Shown: positions 10,201 through 17,911 of the stretch, piece after piece
How the letters are laid out: the number at the start of each line of letters is the position of its first letter
Position numbering within the stretch: the stretch's first letter is position 1
Virus record (IMG/VR): IMGVR_UViG_3300037483_000594
Location: 96,001-160,000 of that record
Strand: one strand, 5' to 3'
DNA from: a virus
DNA length: 64,000 bases
Made by a program: the position numbers and the translations under genes
Notes under the pieces: model-generated
What the model was told of the DNA's origin: nothing
Seen by the model: only the letters and a program-made list of their open reading frames with translations
Databases searched by the model: none

Positions 10201-13200
10201 TTGACGCTAAGTTTGGTTACTTTCTGGGTTGTTTGGTGGGGGACGGCTGGGTCACGGGTGATGAGACACTGCGGTTCACATGTATGGCCAGCAGCTTTCC
10301 GGAGGTGCTTGGTACGTGGGAGCGGTCTGCGTCATGCCTTTTCTCAGAGAATCCGCACTTCAGCGAGCAGTACTGCTGTGAGGGGACCTTCGAGAACTCA
10401 AAGGGGACTACGCGCGCAACTATTTCTTCGGTAGCGTTGGCTACGTTTCTGCAGCCACTTATCGGTCATGGCGCGCGCAATAAGCACCTCCCTCCGTTTT
10501 TCTTGTCGGCCCCTGAATCTTTCCGTGTTGGTCTTTTGGCTGGGTTGATGGACACAGACGGCTCGATGTCATGGTCGATGGCAAAAGGCAAGGCGCAGTT
10601 TATGTGCAGTGTTAGCTCCACCAGCATAAGGCTGCTACAGGAAACTCAGCATCTTCTCCGCACGCTTGGAATCACCGCGAGTATCACCACTACCACCACG
10701 CCAAAGGGAGCTGCGTCATGGGTGCTGTCTATCTCTTCTGTGGGGTTGTACGAGCACAGGCGTAAACTTGCTCGACCGGCGCACAGTGGGAAACGCGCTG
10801 TGTGGGAGGAGTTCTGTGCTGGGGACGGCCCGGCTTCCGGAGGTGCTTTTTCACGGTACCGGCTCGTACCGCTACCTTCCAAGCTTGCTGCCAGCCTGCG
10901 GAAGATTGTCACGGTGAACGAGGACCGCAGCGTGTACATGACGCTGTCCAAGGCGATCGATCGGCAGTACATGTCGAAGCTGCTGGCCGAAAAGACTGTT
11001 CGGATGGTGAACGAACGTGGAGGGTGTGCACACCCCTTCTACGCGCGCTGGGCACGGCTGGTCGAAACTCCTGGGATGCACTTTGAGCGTGTTGTGGACG
11101 TGCAGCAGACGAACATTCTAGAGGACGGGTATGACCTAACCGTCCCGGGCTACGAGACCTTTATGGCAGTAGACGGCGTTGTGCTGTCCAACACAATGTC
11201 GGCTTACGTGCCGGTGACCGAAAAGGCTGTTCAGGAAGCGTGGCAGATGATGCCGTCGAACAACCTGTTCAGCCCGGCTTCCGGGAAGCTGATGTACGCA
11301 CCCACCAACGAGATGCAGGTAGGGCTGTACATGGCCACCGAGGTCGGGAAGGACACGGACAAGAAGTTTGCTTCCCTCTCGGAGCTGCGACGGGCAGTGA
11401 ACTCCGGAAAGCTCCACGGGACCGATGTGGTCACGTTGAACGGGCAGCGCACCACCTTCCACCGCGCGGAACTCGTAGACGCACTTCCGGAGCAGGCGCG
11501 GGAGGGGAACAAGCACCTCCTCACGGACCTTGGGTACAGGCTGACCAAGGCCAAGCAAGGCGCGCTGTTCGAGTCGATGGCGCACTCTGGGGCCGACGGC
11601 AAAGAGTTCGGGGCGGCGATAAACGCCGTCAAGGACCTTGGGAACAAGGTGGTGAGCACAGGGGGCTTCTCGTTCGGGCTCAAAGACATCGCTCCTCAGA
11701 AGGCGCTGCGGGCCGCAGCCTTTGCCGATGCGGACAAGGCTGTCGCACAACTGCGTGGTGTCGAACGTGAGGAGAAGATCGTCGACCTCTACTCCAAGGC
11801 GACCACCGCGCTCGAGAAGGACGTGCAGCAGATGGCGCAAGAACGCGCGTCTGAGTCTGCACTGGCCAAGCTGCAGGTAGCTGCCGGGATCAAGGGGAAC
11901 GGTTACAGGCAGCTCGTGGCGGCCCCCGGGCTCTTCGTGGACGGGCTAGGGAGGGTAGTGCCCTCTCCGGTCAAGCGCTCTTACGCGGAGGGGCTGAAGA
12001 GCAGCGACTACTACGTCAGCACCTCTGGGGCGCGGAAGGGCATAATCCAGAAGGTACAGAGCGTGCGCGACCCAGGGTACCTCACCAAGCTCATGGTGAA
12101 CTCCACCATTTCCGAGATGGTGGACAGGGAGGACTGCGGCACCCATTACGGTATCTCCCTGTCCGTGGACGAACCGGATGTGCAAGGGCGCTTCACGGTG
12201 GTTGACCACAAGCTCAGCAACGGCTCGGTCATCCCCGCCGGCACCTTGCTCGACAGCTCTATTGTGACCCGGATACGCAACGACAAGCCCGGGGCCAAAC
12301 TGGTGGTGCGTTCTCCCATGCGATGCACTCACACCACTGGGCTCTGCGCAAAGTGCGCCGGGCTGCAGGCGGACGGGAAGCTTCCGGAAAAGGGCACCAA
12401 CATTGGTATCTTGGCTGCCCAGGCCCTTGGAGAACGTGGAACACAGCTAGCTCTGAAGTCCTTTCACTGTTCGCACGCCAAGACGTTGGTGGTCGTCTGC
12501 AGGCGGGATGACCAAACAGTCAGGGCTATGACACTCGAGGAACTCTACGAGAAGGCGGTCAACCCTGTGGCGGAGGGTTGGCTGATCTACGACGGGGCGT
12601 GGCAGGAGCTCTCCGCGGTGAGCAGGCACCGCCCAACCGACCGTATGATGTTTGTGAGCTGCTCCAGTGTGGCGACGGTCTGCCAGGACAATCATCCCCT
12701 GGCGACCTACGAAAACAGGGTTTCTTGCGAGAAGTGTGGTTACCACCGGCTGAAGAAACCAGGGGCGAACGCTTCCATAAAAAACGGCAAGTTGTACTGC
12801 CCAAAGTGCTTTACCTACCAATACCCTATGGTCCCGGCGGAGGGGGAGGTGAAGTTCCTTGCACCTCAAGAGGTGGAGTGCAAGCGTGTGTACTTGCAGC
12901 GCTGTCTCGACCTCCCGGTTTCTTGTGTTAGAAAAACACCGTGGCTTGATCCGTACCTCGCTGGTATGTACGTGGCAGAGGGGAGTCTGGGGTATGTAGC
13001 AACTGCCTCGGGGGTGAAGAAACCGTACTTCGTCACTATCAGTCAGAACCGCGGGGCCGTGCGCGACAAACTGGAGCAGAAGCTGCCCCCTGAGTGGTGT
13101 GCCAAGCTTGGGGGGCGTGGCGTTGTGATTAACAGAGTCGCGCTCGGTGAGCGACTTGAAACAACGTTCGGCCGCTACTCGCGAAACGTGGCGCTGCCCT

Positions 13201-14387
13201 CCGACTTCCTAGCCTACGAACAGGGGTGGCTCGCCGAGTTCTTGTGTGGGCTGATCGATGGGGACGGGACGATCAAGCCTGACAAGGACGGGGCGCAGCG
13301 TATCGCGATCGACACGACAAGTTTTGCGCTGGCGCAACAGGTCGTGTTTATCTGTTCTCTGTTGAACATCGTGCCTTCTGTCCTGGCTACGTCACACCGA
13401 AAGCTGACCAGACATCAGGGTTTCCGTGTTGTGCTGCGGGTGACAGCGGCAGTGAAAGACTTGTTGAAAGAATCCATAAAGGTCCAGAGTGTGGAGAAAC
13501 TGAGCCCGGACCAGGACTTTCAGAGAACAGGGCGCACGCTGCTCTCGACCAAAAAAGAGGTGTTGTACACAGACGAGTACGTCTACGACGTCACGACCTC
13601 TTCCGGTACGTTTCTCGCGGGTGGGGTGCTCAGTCACAACAGCGGGGGTGTTTACTCCCCTACGGACATGACCTCTTTGGCTGGGAGCGGGATCGAGAGA
13701 GCCATGACGCTCCTTCAGCTTCCGAAGACGGTGAAGGGCTCGGCCACCCTTTCCACGGTCGGGGGTGTGGTGCGAAAGGTCGAGAGGGACGCTGCCGGCG
13801 GGGTCAACATTTTTGTGGACGACGGAAAGGGCCTGCGAAAGCACTACGTGCCCGCGGGTCGCAAGCTCCTGGGCTCGGTTGGAGGGAAGGTGCGCCCCGG
13901 AGACCCCCTTTCTTCAGGGCCGGTGAACCCGCACGACCTGTTGCCGCTTGCCGGGGTAGCACGCACCCAGGGGTTCCTGGCAAACGAGCTGCACAGCATC
14001 TACGGGAAAGAGGGCGTCAGGCGTCGGCACTCCGAGGTTCTGGTGAGGGCTGTGAGCTCGGTGGCGAGGGTAGAGGACCCCGGAGATCACGCGACTCTTC
14101 TTCCGGGGGACTACGTGGACACGAACGCCACGGCGCAGTGGAACGACAAGCACAGGGGCAAGGCGCCTGTGCAGTACACTCCCGTGGTGCGTGGAGTCGA
14201 GCAGCTTCCGCTTGACGTGAGCGAGGACTGGTTGGCCCGCCTGAACCATGAGCGCGGAAGAAAGACCATTATCGAGGCTGCGCAACAAAACTGGTCCACG
14301 GACCTGCACGGTCGGCACCCTATTCCCGGACTTATCTATGGTGTAGAATTCGGAAAAGGAACGAAAGACAAACCCTGGCACTACTAG
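4281..14387 (+). CDS. fused beta-beta' DNA-directed RNA polymerase precursor with three inteins (~2058 aa spliced)
   Basis: Beta motifs (QFRLRPGVY, QTNPL, PSHFG..DP..TPES, YEDGVVIS, GDK..HHAAKG, GGQAFG) followed by beta' motifs (WGHITL, PILPPSMRP, RDPALHK, NADFDGD, GARKG, GYLT, RSPMRC..CAKC, GERGTQL..FH). Confidence 0.95.
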   Translation: MARLDPGETFEALKGEVTKAIKSQFPQVGSQHVLELRDVVVDDNVSSDEVSTQAAAKLDGKTFGVPIKASLVLRDKASGKVLDERVQRVGTLPKITSRYSWIVRGTEYQVDNQFRLRPGVYTTVHKDGGLESFLNFEGIPLHIKFDPKSKKFAVKHKTASPPLYPVMRALGFSDEQLRDAWGKEILAANQVDTSGRPLQVDKRAMDFARKLVPAAEVNTLAEASRAIKTYLGAKTLHPDVTEKTLGARYDTITPDVFRASTERLLGIARGEQKPDTRDALHFKELNGVEDLLSERLAKNAKMNARRIANNLDKKTEIRQIVGTGHFNSQLHGFFADSTLASLAQQTNPLRMIDGHTRTTIMGEGGIKSANAVTDEAKLVDPSHFGVLDPLVTPESGKAGVSLQLAIGAKKDGKTLAVPLINVKTGKVEFVNTAKVNDVVVAMPDAVTFSQGKLVAKDGGSTVRASVKDNEFREVPLREVQYVAPKATQMFSLSSNLVPFLASNSPNRASMSGRHQEQAISLKYREPPLVRSALGDKSFGEILGQFAAQHSPVSGEVVAVEPGLMKIKGPDGVKEVQLYNHYPLNDKKGQLHSTPSVKVGDKVKAGQLIADTNFSADGIYAPGKNLQVAYLPWGGQSVSGDTYVYWVDSQGGHFGPIGNMPAQGEVYANVLDSESVEGRLHRVHSFIGHYTAEPMFEIKMLEPFRVKATACHSFITIDETGGFVNITPAKMIPRKTLLPVVQPTLRFSSQIGQMFCKSKTAGGISVSFPMDKDAGYVFGVYTAEGCSLGGTRGCKGLSISVTEGDLLERLESILDKWGVSHSRRLRGVNIHNSAVGRIVTDACGCLAQFKKIPDLLWSQHPDFIDGFLDGYWSGDGTCSDKQFTASTVSRELAEGLIFLLAARGVKARYRTYKIPGHQDQNLINVYRETLDKFPALSSGRKELLRQELIAKGTEHGRDRIPIPEAYRDEVKKALRSVGRALGGSPYAARRVLKQVRELLPETVRRFVDAPIWWEVVDTVKEVEPEEYVYDLDMRPFGNFIVGPGLVVHNTYEDGVVISEDAAQKLTSTHLYKSKLSTRDARVEPAKRYKSIFGATIPAERMAGLGEDGVVREGTMVKPGDVLVAGSADRVFTTEEQKLRAIQKSLVPTKRNAAVTWDAEHPGKVVAVHRGKSGVEVHVETEEPAQVGDKISSHHAAKGIISAVLPSAEMPQRPDGSPIDIVMNPVGTAGRLNVGQILETAAAKVAEKTGKPFIIKNFETEDNHGLVAKALKEHGLSDTENLIDPTTGNTIPGILTGPQYIIKLEHQVDKKMSSRDRGAYDRNLIPKGGGHDGGQAFGALGTYALLSHGARGKIQEAQTLLSDKGQGGLNDELWGAIQSGELIPPPKATFATKKFEGYLRGLGVNVEQDGNRLSLMPVTDAQTLALSSGELQDAGRTVIVKNNQLVPEKGGLFDKRATGGLDGQKWGHITLAKPMPNPLFESGIRSLTGLKTTEYQQLISGELGVSQSGALVPADTRGAETGPSAVVKLLDKVDVKRALQEEEGRIGGLRGQKQNEVRKKIKYLRALDRLKLSPADAYTTRHVPILPPSMRPVALTEDGKLQNDDLNYLYRDLAVLNDQVKKIPADMPKSLVQDKEAYLYDSLRALTGLGGTVNDKYPGLLHRIAGKTSPKQGFFQNVLMKRKQDLSGRSTIIPDPTLSLDEVGLPIDMARVIYKPFVVREMKNSLGLSPLAAKKLIDEDDPLARKALERVVSERPIMLKRDPALHKHSVQGFKPKLIKGSAIKIPPLVTSGFNADFDGDQCIGAVVLFLERDVFNYDICYWTPRRITLTARMREQIGYCDADGEFVVCDLSEVPHAEECVTKGHIDYHPVSGVSVLTLDPTKGACFAEVTGWSYHRQRSVEIVTLASGRQIVTDDDPRAVFGVDASSLEWCRRRPRESADQFVPVLDEVPASFTELTALALPRDKSGRMKPEVLLDAKFGYFLGCLVGDGWVTGDETLRFTCMASSFPEVLGTWERSASCLFSENPHFSEQYCCEGTFENSKGTTRATISSVALATFLQPLIGHGARNKHLPPFFLSAPESFRVGLLAGLMDTDGSMSWSMAKGKAQFMCSVSSTSIRLLQETQHLLRTLGITASITTTTTPKGAASWVLSISSVGLYEHRRKLARPAHSGKRAVWEEFCAGDGPASGGAFSRYRLVPLPSKLAASLRKIVTVNEDRSVYMTLSKAIDRQYMSKLLAEKTVRMVNERGGCAHPFYARWARLVETPGMHFERVVDVQQTNILEDGYDLTVPGYETFMAVDGVVLSNTMSAYVPVTEKAVQEAWQMMPSNNLFSPASGKLMYAPTNEMQVGLYMATEVGKDTDKKFASLSELRRAVNSGKLHGTDVVTLNGQRTTFHRAELVDALPEQAREGNKHLLTDLGYRLTKAKQGALFESMAHSGADGKEFGAAINAVKDLGNKVVSTGGFSFGLKDIAPQKALRAAAFADADKAVAQLRGVEREEKIVDLYSKATTALEKDVQQMAQERASESALAKLQVAAGIKGNGYRQLVAAPGLFVDGLGRVVPSPVKRSYAEGLKSSDYYVSTSGARKGIIQKVQSVRDPGYLTKLMVNSTISEMVDREDCGTHYGISLSVDEPDVQGRFTVVDHKLSNGSVIPAGTLLDSSIVTRIRNDKPGAKLVVRSPMRCTHTTGLCAKCAGLQADGKLPEKGTNIGILAAQALGERGTQLALKSFHCSHAKTLVVVCRRDDQTVRAMTLEELYEKAVNPVAEGWLIYDGAWQELSAVSRHRPTDRMMFVSCSSVATVCQDNHPLATYENRVSCEKCGYHRLKKPGANASIKNGKLYCPKCFTYQYPMVPAEGEVKFLAPQEVECKRVYLQRCLDLPVSCVRKTPWLDPYLAGMYVAEGSLGYVATASGVKKPYFVTISQNRGAVRDKLEQKLPPEWCAKLGGRGVVINRVALGERLETTFGRYSRNVALPSDFLAYEQGWLAEFLCGLIDGDGTIKPDKDGAQRIAIDTTSFALAQQVVFICSLLNIVPSVLATSHRKLTRHQGFRVVLRVTAAVKDLLKESIKVQSVEKLSPDQDFQRTGRTLLSTKKEVLYTDEYVYDVTTSSGTFLAGGVLSHNSGGVYSPTDMTSLAGSGIERAMTLLQLPKTVKGSATLSTVGGVVRKVERDAAGGVNIFVDDGKGLRKHYVPAGRKLLGSVGGKVRPGDPLSSGPVNPHDLLPLAGVARTQGFLANELHSIYGKEGVRRRHSEVLVRAVSSVARVEDPGDHATLLPGDYVDTNATAQWNDKHRGKAPVQYTPVVRGVEQLPLDVSEDWLARLNHERGRKTIIEAAQQNWSTDLHGRHPIPGLIYGVEFGKGTKDKPWHY
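6186..7424 (+). mobile_element. intein 1 with LAGLIDADG endonuclease (413 aa)
   Basis: PWGGQ|SVSGDT...TACH...GVYTAEG...FLDGYWSGDG...VYDL...VVHN|TYEDG; AT-richer than flanks. Confidence 0.92.
9675..11192 (+). mobile_element. intein 2 with LAGLIDADG endonuclease (atypical, ~506 aa)
   Basis: NADFDGD|QCIGAV...FLGCLVGDG...LLAGLMDTDG...GYDLTVPGYETF...VLSN|TMSAYVP. Confidence 0.88.
12468..13640 (+). mobile_element. intein 3 with LAGLIDADG endonuclease and Zn-finger insert (391 aa)
   Basis: TQLALKSFH|CSHAKT...LAGMYVAEG...LCGLIDGDG...VYDVTT...SHN|SGG. Confidence 0.92.
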
Positions 14388-14395
14388 GAGCAGCT

Positions 14396-14767
14396 ATGAC
14401 CAATCTTGAAAAGCTGGCGTTCGCGATTCAGATGCAGGCATGCCTCGACACCATGTTCCAACTGGAAAAGGAGGCGATGCTCGAAGCCGCCGCCCTCGGA
14501 AAAGAGGCCGGGGTCTCCACGTTCTTCTCCGGGCTCGGGAAGGGGTTGAGCAAGCTGCGCGCCCCGGGTGGTATCGCGCAGACGGCAACCGACCTCACCG
14601 AGGCGTGGCGTAAGGGTGCGGGTGGTGGAGCTGGTGCCCTGGGCGGCCTCGGCGGGGTGCTCGGGACCAACCGGGGTAAGCTGCTTGCCGGTGGGGCGCT
14701 CGCGGGCGGGGCCCTCTTGGCTGGTGGCGGCTACTTGGCCGGGCGCAGCTCGCAGCCACGGGACTGA
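14396..14767 (+). CDS. small glycine-zipper protein
   Basis: AGGAG RBS; LEKLA/LEKEA/GKEA leader; C-terminal GGALAGGALLAGGGYLAG. Confidence 0.65.
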   Translation: MTNLEKLAFAIQMQACLDTMFQLEKEAMLEAAALGKEAGVSTFFSGLGKGLSKLRAPGGIAQTATDLTEAWRKGAGGGAGALGGLGGVLGTNRGKLLAGGALAGGALLAGGGYLAGRSSQPRD

Positions 14768-15861
14768 TGCACCGTCAGCAAAACTCGCCTGTGAGTTCCG
14801 GGTCCTCACCGATCCGGATCGAGAAGGCGCGGATCGTAAACGTCCACCAGAACGGGTGGCTCGTTGACGTGCGCACCCTGCACTCCGGGCGGACCTACAT
14901 GGACATCGAGGTGTTGAGCCCCTACTTCCACTACAGTTGGGGGGAGGGTGTCTACGCCATGCCCGAGATAGGGGCCACGGCGCAGGTTTGTGTCTCGTCC
15001 GACGGCACCCCCTTCTTGCTCGGGTTCACCGGAGCCTTCGAGCGGGAAGACGGCGACGCCAGTTTCCGCGGGGGGCGCCCCCGCGCGAAGCTCGGAGACA
15101 TCATCCTTCGCGGGCGCGACGGGAACAGGGTGTACCTGCACAGGGGTGGGGTGTTGGAGGTTGGGTCGGAGACGCTGCCACGCTCCTTTTACATTCCGTT
15201 ACAGGGGTTGATTCGCCACGTGGGAGTGAGACACGAGTCGCTCTACGCCGGGGGGTCGGTCAACTGGGACGTGCAGCGTAGCGACGAGGCCGACGAAGAA
15301 GGCCCCGATGCCGTGTTGACGCTCCTGGCTTTTTCCAAAGCTACCGAGGAGAAAGCCACGGTACGGCTAAGGCTGGGGAGGTTGGACGGAGGGGACGACC
15401 GGGTTGAGTTTCTTGTGGCCCCCACCGCGCTCGACAAGACGGGGGCGCCATCCGCGTCGGTGTTCTCGTTTCTTGTCGACAAAGACGGGGCTGCGGAGTG
15501 TGCTATCGCCGACAACCTGACCCTCACCGTTGAGGGGGAGCTGAGCTTCAGTGGGGAGGGGGCGGCCACGCTCTCTTTCGCGTCTGACTGTGACGTCAGC
15601 GTTGGTGGTGACAGCACCTTTGACGTGTCCGGAAGAGCAACATTTTCCGCTCAGGACTTTGTTGCGCGTGCAGCGTCGGTACTCCTTGACTCCTCCAACG
15701 TGCAGTTGGGCGGGGAGGGGGGCTCGAAGGTGGTCGTCGCCTCTCCGATGTTCGAGGCGTTTCTTTCGCACACGCACAGCGTGACCGGCACTGCCACGGG
15801 GCCACCGACCGTAGTTCCTCTGTCACTCGCGATGACCGCACAAAACGTAAGGGCTCGTTAA
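14767..15861 (+). CDS. baseplate spike (gp5/gpV-like)
   Basis: N-terminal OB-fold-like segment (YAMPEIGATAQV..DG.PFLLG), beta-helix-like repeats, C-terminal HTH metal-binding motif (SHTHSV). Confidence 0.7.
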   Translation: MHRQQNSPVSSGSSPIRIEKARIVNVHQNGWLVDVRTLHSGRTYMDIEVLSPYFHYSWGEGVYAMPEIGATAQVCVSSDGTPFLLGFTGAFEREDGDASFRGGRPRAKLGDIILRGRDGNRVYLHRGGVLEVGSETLPRSFYIPLQGLIRHVGVRHESLYAGGSVNWDVQRSDEADEEGPDAVLTLLAFSKATEEKATVRLRLGRLDGGDDRVEFLVAPTALDKTGAPSASVFSFLVDKDGAAECAIADNLTLTVEGELSFSGEGAATLSFASDCDVSVGGDSTFDVSGRATFSAQDFVARAASVLLDSSNVQLGGEGGSKVVVASPMFEAFLSHTHSVTGTATGPPTVVPLSLAMTAQNVRAR

Positions 15862-15895
15862 TTGTTTGGTGTACACTGCTGCTAAGGGTGAAAAG

Positions 15896-17911
15896 ATGTC
15901 AGAGCTTTTTCGCGAGGTAGCGCTCCCCGTTCTTCAAAAAACAGCCGGGAACTTTCGGTTGTCGAACTCCGCAGACAGTTGGCCGGAAGAGATCATGAAC
16001 TCGCTGTTGGAAGCGCACGCGTACCTGGCCGCCATGGACCTGCGTATGGACATGCAGAACGTGGACGGAGAGCAGGGCTTTGGCCTTGGCGTGTTCTATG
16101 TGTCCCCCCCGCACGTGATGCCCAACCAGGGCCCCGGGACAGAGACCTACAGGCAGCGTGACGGGGTGCGCGCTCTCCGGATTCCGATTCTTGTCAACGA
16201 GTACAAGCTCTGCCCGTTCGACATCGTTATTGACGAGCGCGGTAAGGTCTACCCACTGAACGAAGAGCGTGTGCGGAGGTTGCTGTACAGACCGCAGCTC
16301 TTTGACGCCACCACGCAAAAGAACGAGCGCAGTGCCATCGATCGTGTCTTCATGCCGTTGCTGCGGCAGGGCAACCTTTCTGGGGTCAGTGACTTCGCTG
16401 CCGACTACATGAAGTACGGCTCGGCTTTGGTGTCGATGCTCCCCGGGGCCGACCACCGACAGATAGAGGCCACGGTGCGCGAGCTGCAGGACGACAGCAC
16501 CCTGCTGAAGGCGGCGAGCCATGACCCAGTGATCTCCCGACTTTTGGCGGTGGTGGGAGCGGCCGGGGTGATAACCCCCTCCGAGAAGACGAAGTTGGCC
16601 AGCGAGATGCTGCGCCCAAACGTGGTGCAGTACCGGCGGGTGGGGGACTTCTACAAGGTCAAGATGGCCAACACCACGTCCTTTGCCCCTGCGGAGGCCA
16701 CGCTGGACTACCCAACGCTCGTGGAGGACATCGGACGCGAGAACGCGCACGAGGTCAACTCCAAGGGCACCCTGACCCTCACCGCGGACCCGGTGGTGGA
16801 CGAGGTGCTGGAAGAGGCGGCCGGGTCCCTCGTCACCCAGTTCGGAGAGTGGCGCGTGAAAGGCCGGAACGGCGTGGAGCGTGTGGGGTGGGTCTTTCCG
16901 GAAGTGCGCTCTTTCACGGGAGTAAGGCTCCCGGTCAAGATTTTCAACAACGGGGACAGTTGCGCGATCCAGGAAGAGATCGCTGGGAGCTTCGTGGGCG
17001 CCGGGGTCAACCTTGTTCGTGGTGCGGTGAAGGGGCGGGGGCTCTTCTACCGCATTACCAACAGCGGGACCGTGGTGGCTTTTGAGCCTTGCGAGATCCA
17101 GAACGGGTACACGCAGAACAACCAGCTTGTCTACGAGCTCACTACCGTGACCGACCCCCTGGTTGTGATCACGGTGCGCCAGGTCCCCGAGCTGAAGTTG
17201 ATCACAAAGCTGCGGGACCGAGAGTACGGTATCCCGGTGGACGTGCGGTGGATGCCCCTTGGTGCCTCGCTGGTGGAGCTCGTATCCACCCCCGAGGCCT
17301 TCGCCAAGCTCAGCTCGGCCCGCACCGAGGTCCGATGCAGGGGCGGCCGGTGGTCTTTCCAAGGTGCTGCCGTGGAAAAGATCGCTGGCGTGATGGCCAC
17401 CCGGGACCTCGATGGACCAGATGCGATGTTCGTCTCCGCCTGCCTGGGGCTGAGCCCCAGTGCGTCCATAAAGGCGCTCGAGAAAGCGGCCACGGGGCGC
17501 TCTGTACGAATTTTCGGATGTAGGTCTTGCGTGCTCCCAGCCGAGCGTGTAAAAACGGCGAGTGCTGTAGCGCGACCGGTTGCACAACACTACGTCAACG
17601 TCATGCCCTCCTCCCGCTCCCTGATCAAGGAGGCGCTACACCTTTCCAAGTTTGCGTTGGACGAACTTGGAATTGACACCCTTGATCAGGTCCTGTCCCT
17701 GGGGTACCTCAGCCCGTCGAACGCCGCGAGTGCCGTGGAGCACCTTCCGAGTTTCGAGGACAGCGTGAACAGGCTCGCTGCCCTGCTGTTGGACGTGCGG
17801 CTGGGTGCCAAGATCGGGACCGACGACGGGGAGATCGCGGTAAAGACGGCCATGGACTCCTTCGAGAAGGTCATTGCCGGGCTGCGAAAACTGGTGCGTA
17901 CGAGGAACTGA
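15896..17911 (+). CDS. K-x-A-rich putative head protein
   Basis: 671 aa with about 9 K-x-A sites (LQKTAG, LLKAAS, TKLAS, VEKIAG, VKTAS...). Confidence 0.55.
   Translation: MSELFREVALPVLQKTAGNFRLSNSADSWPEEIMNSLLEAHAYLAAMDLRMDMQNVDGEQGFGLGVFYVSPPHVMPNQGPGTETYRQRDGVRALRIPILVNEYKLCPFDIVIDERGKVYPLNEERVRRLLYRPQLFDATTQKNERSAIDRVFMPLLRQGNLSGVSDFAADYMKYGSALVSMLPGADHRQIEATVRELQDDSTLLKAASHDPVISRLLAVVGAAGVITPSEKTKLASEMLRPNVVQYRRVGDFYKVKMANTTSFAPAEATLDYPTLVEDIGRENAHEVNSKGTLTLTADPVVDEVLEEAAGSLVTQFGEWRVKGRNGVERVGWVFPEVRSFTGVRLPVKIFNNGDSCAIQEEIAGSFVGAGVNLVRGAVKGRGLFYRITNSGTVVAFEPCEIQNGYTQNNQLVYELTTVTDPLVVITVRQVPELKLITKLRDREYGIPVDVRWMPLGASLVELVSTPEAFAKLSSARTEVRCRGGRWSFQGAAVEKIAGVMATRDLDGPDAMFVSACLGLSPSASIKALEKAATGRSVRIFGCRSCVLPAERVKTASAVARPVAQHYVNVMPSSRSLIKEALHLSKFALDELGIDTLDQVLSLGYLSPSNAASAVEHLPSFEDSVNRLAALLLDVRLGAKIGTDDGEIAVKTAMDSFEKVIAGLRKLVRTRN

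Noticed and set aside
4281-14387. Bacterial rpoBC locus or host contamination
   Set aside because: Highly divergent and shortened, flanked by phage structural genes, with no ribosomal protein genes nearby
15899-17590. 563-aa minus-strand ORF (likewise 30790-32343 and 7851-9020)
   Set aside because: Lies opposite well-supported plus-strand genes; no RBS or motifs
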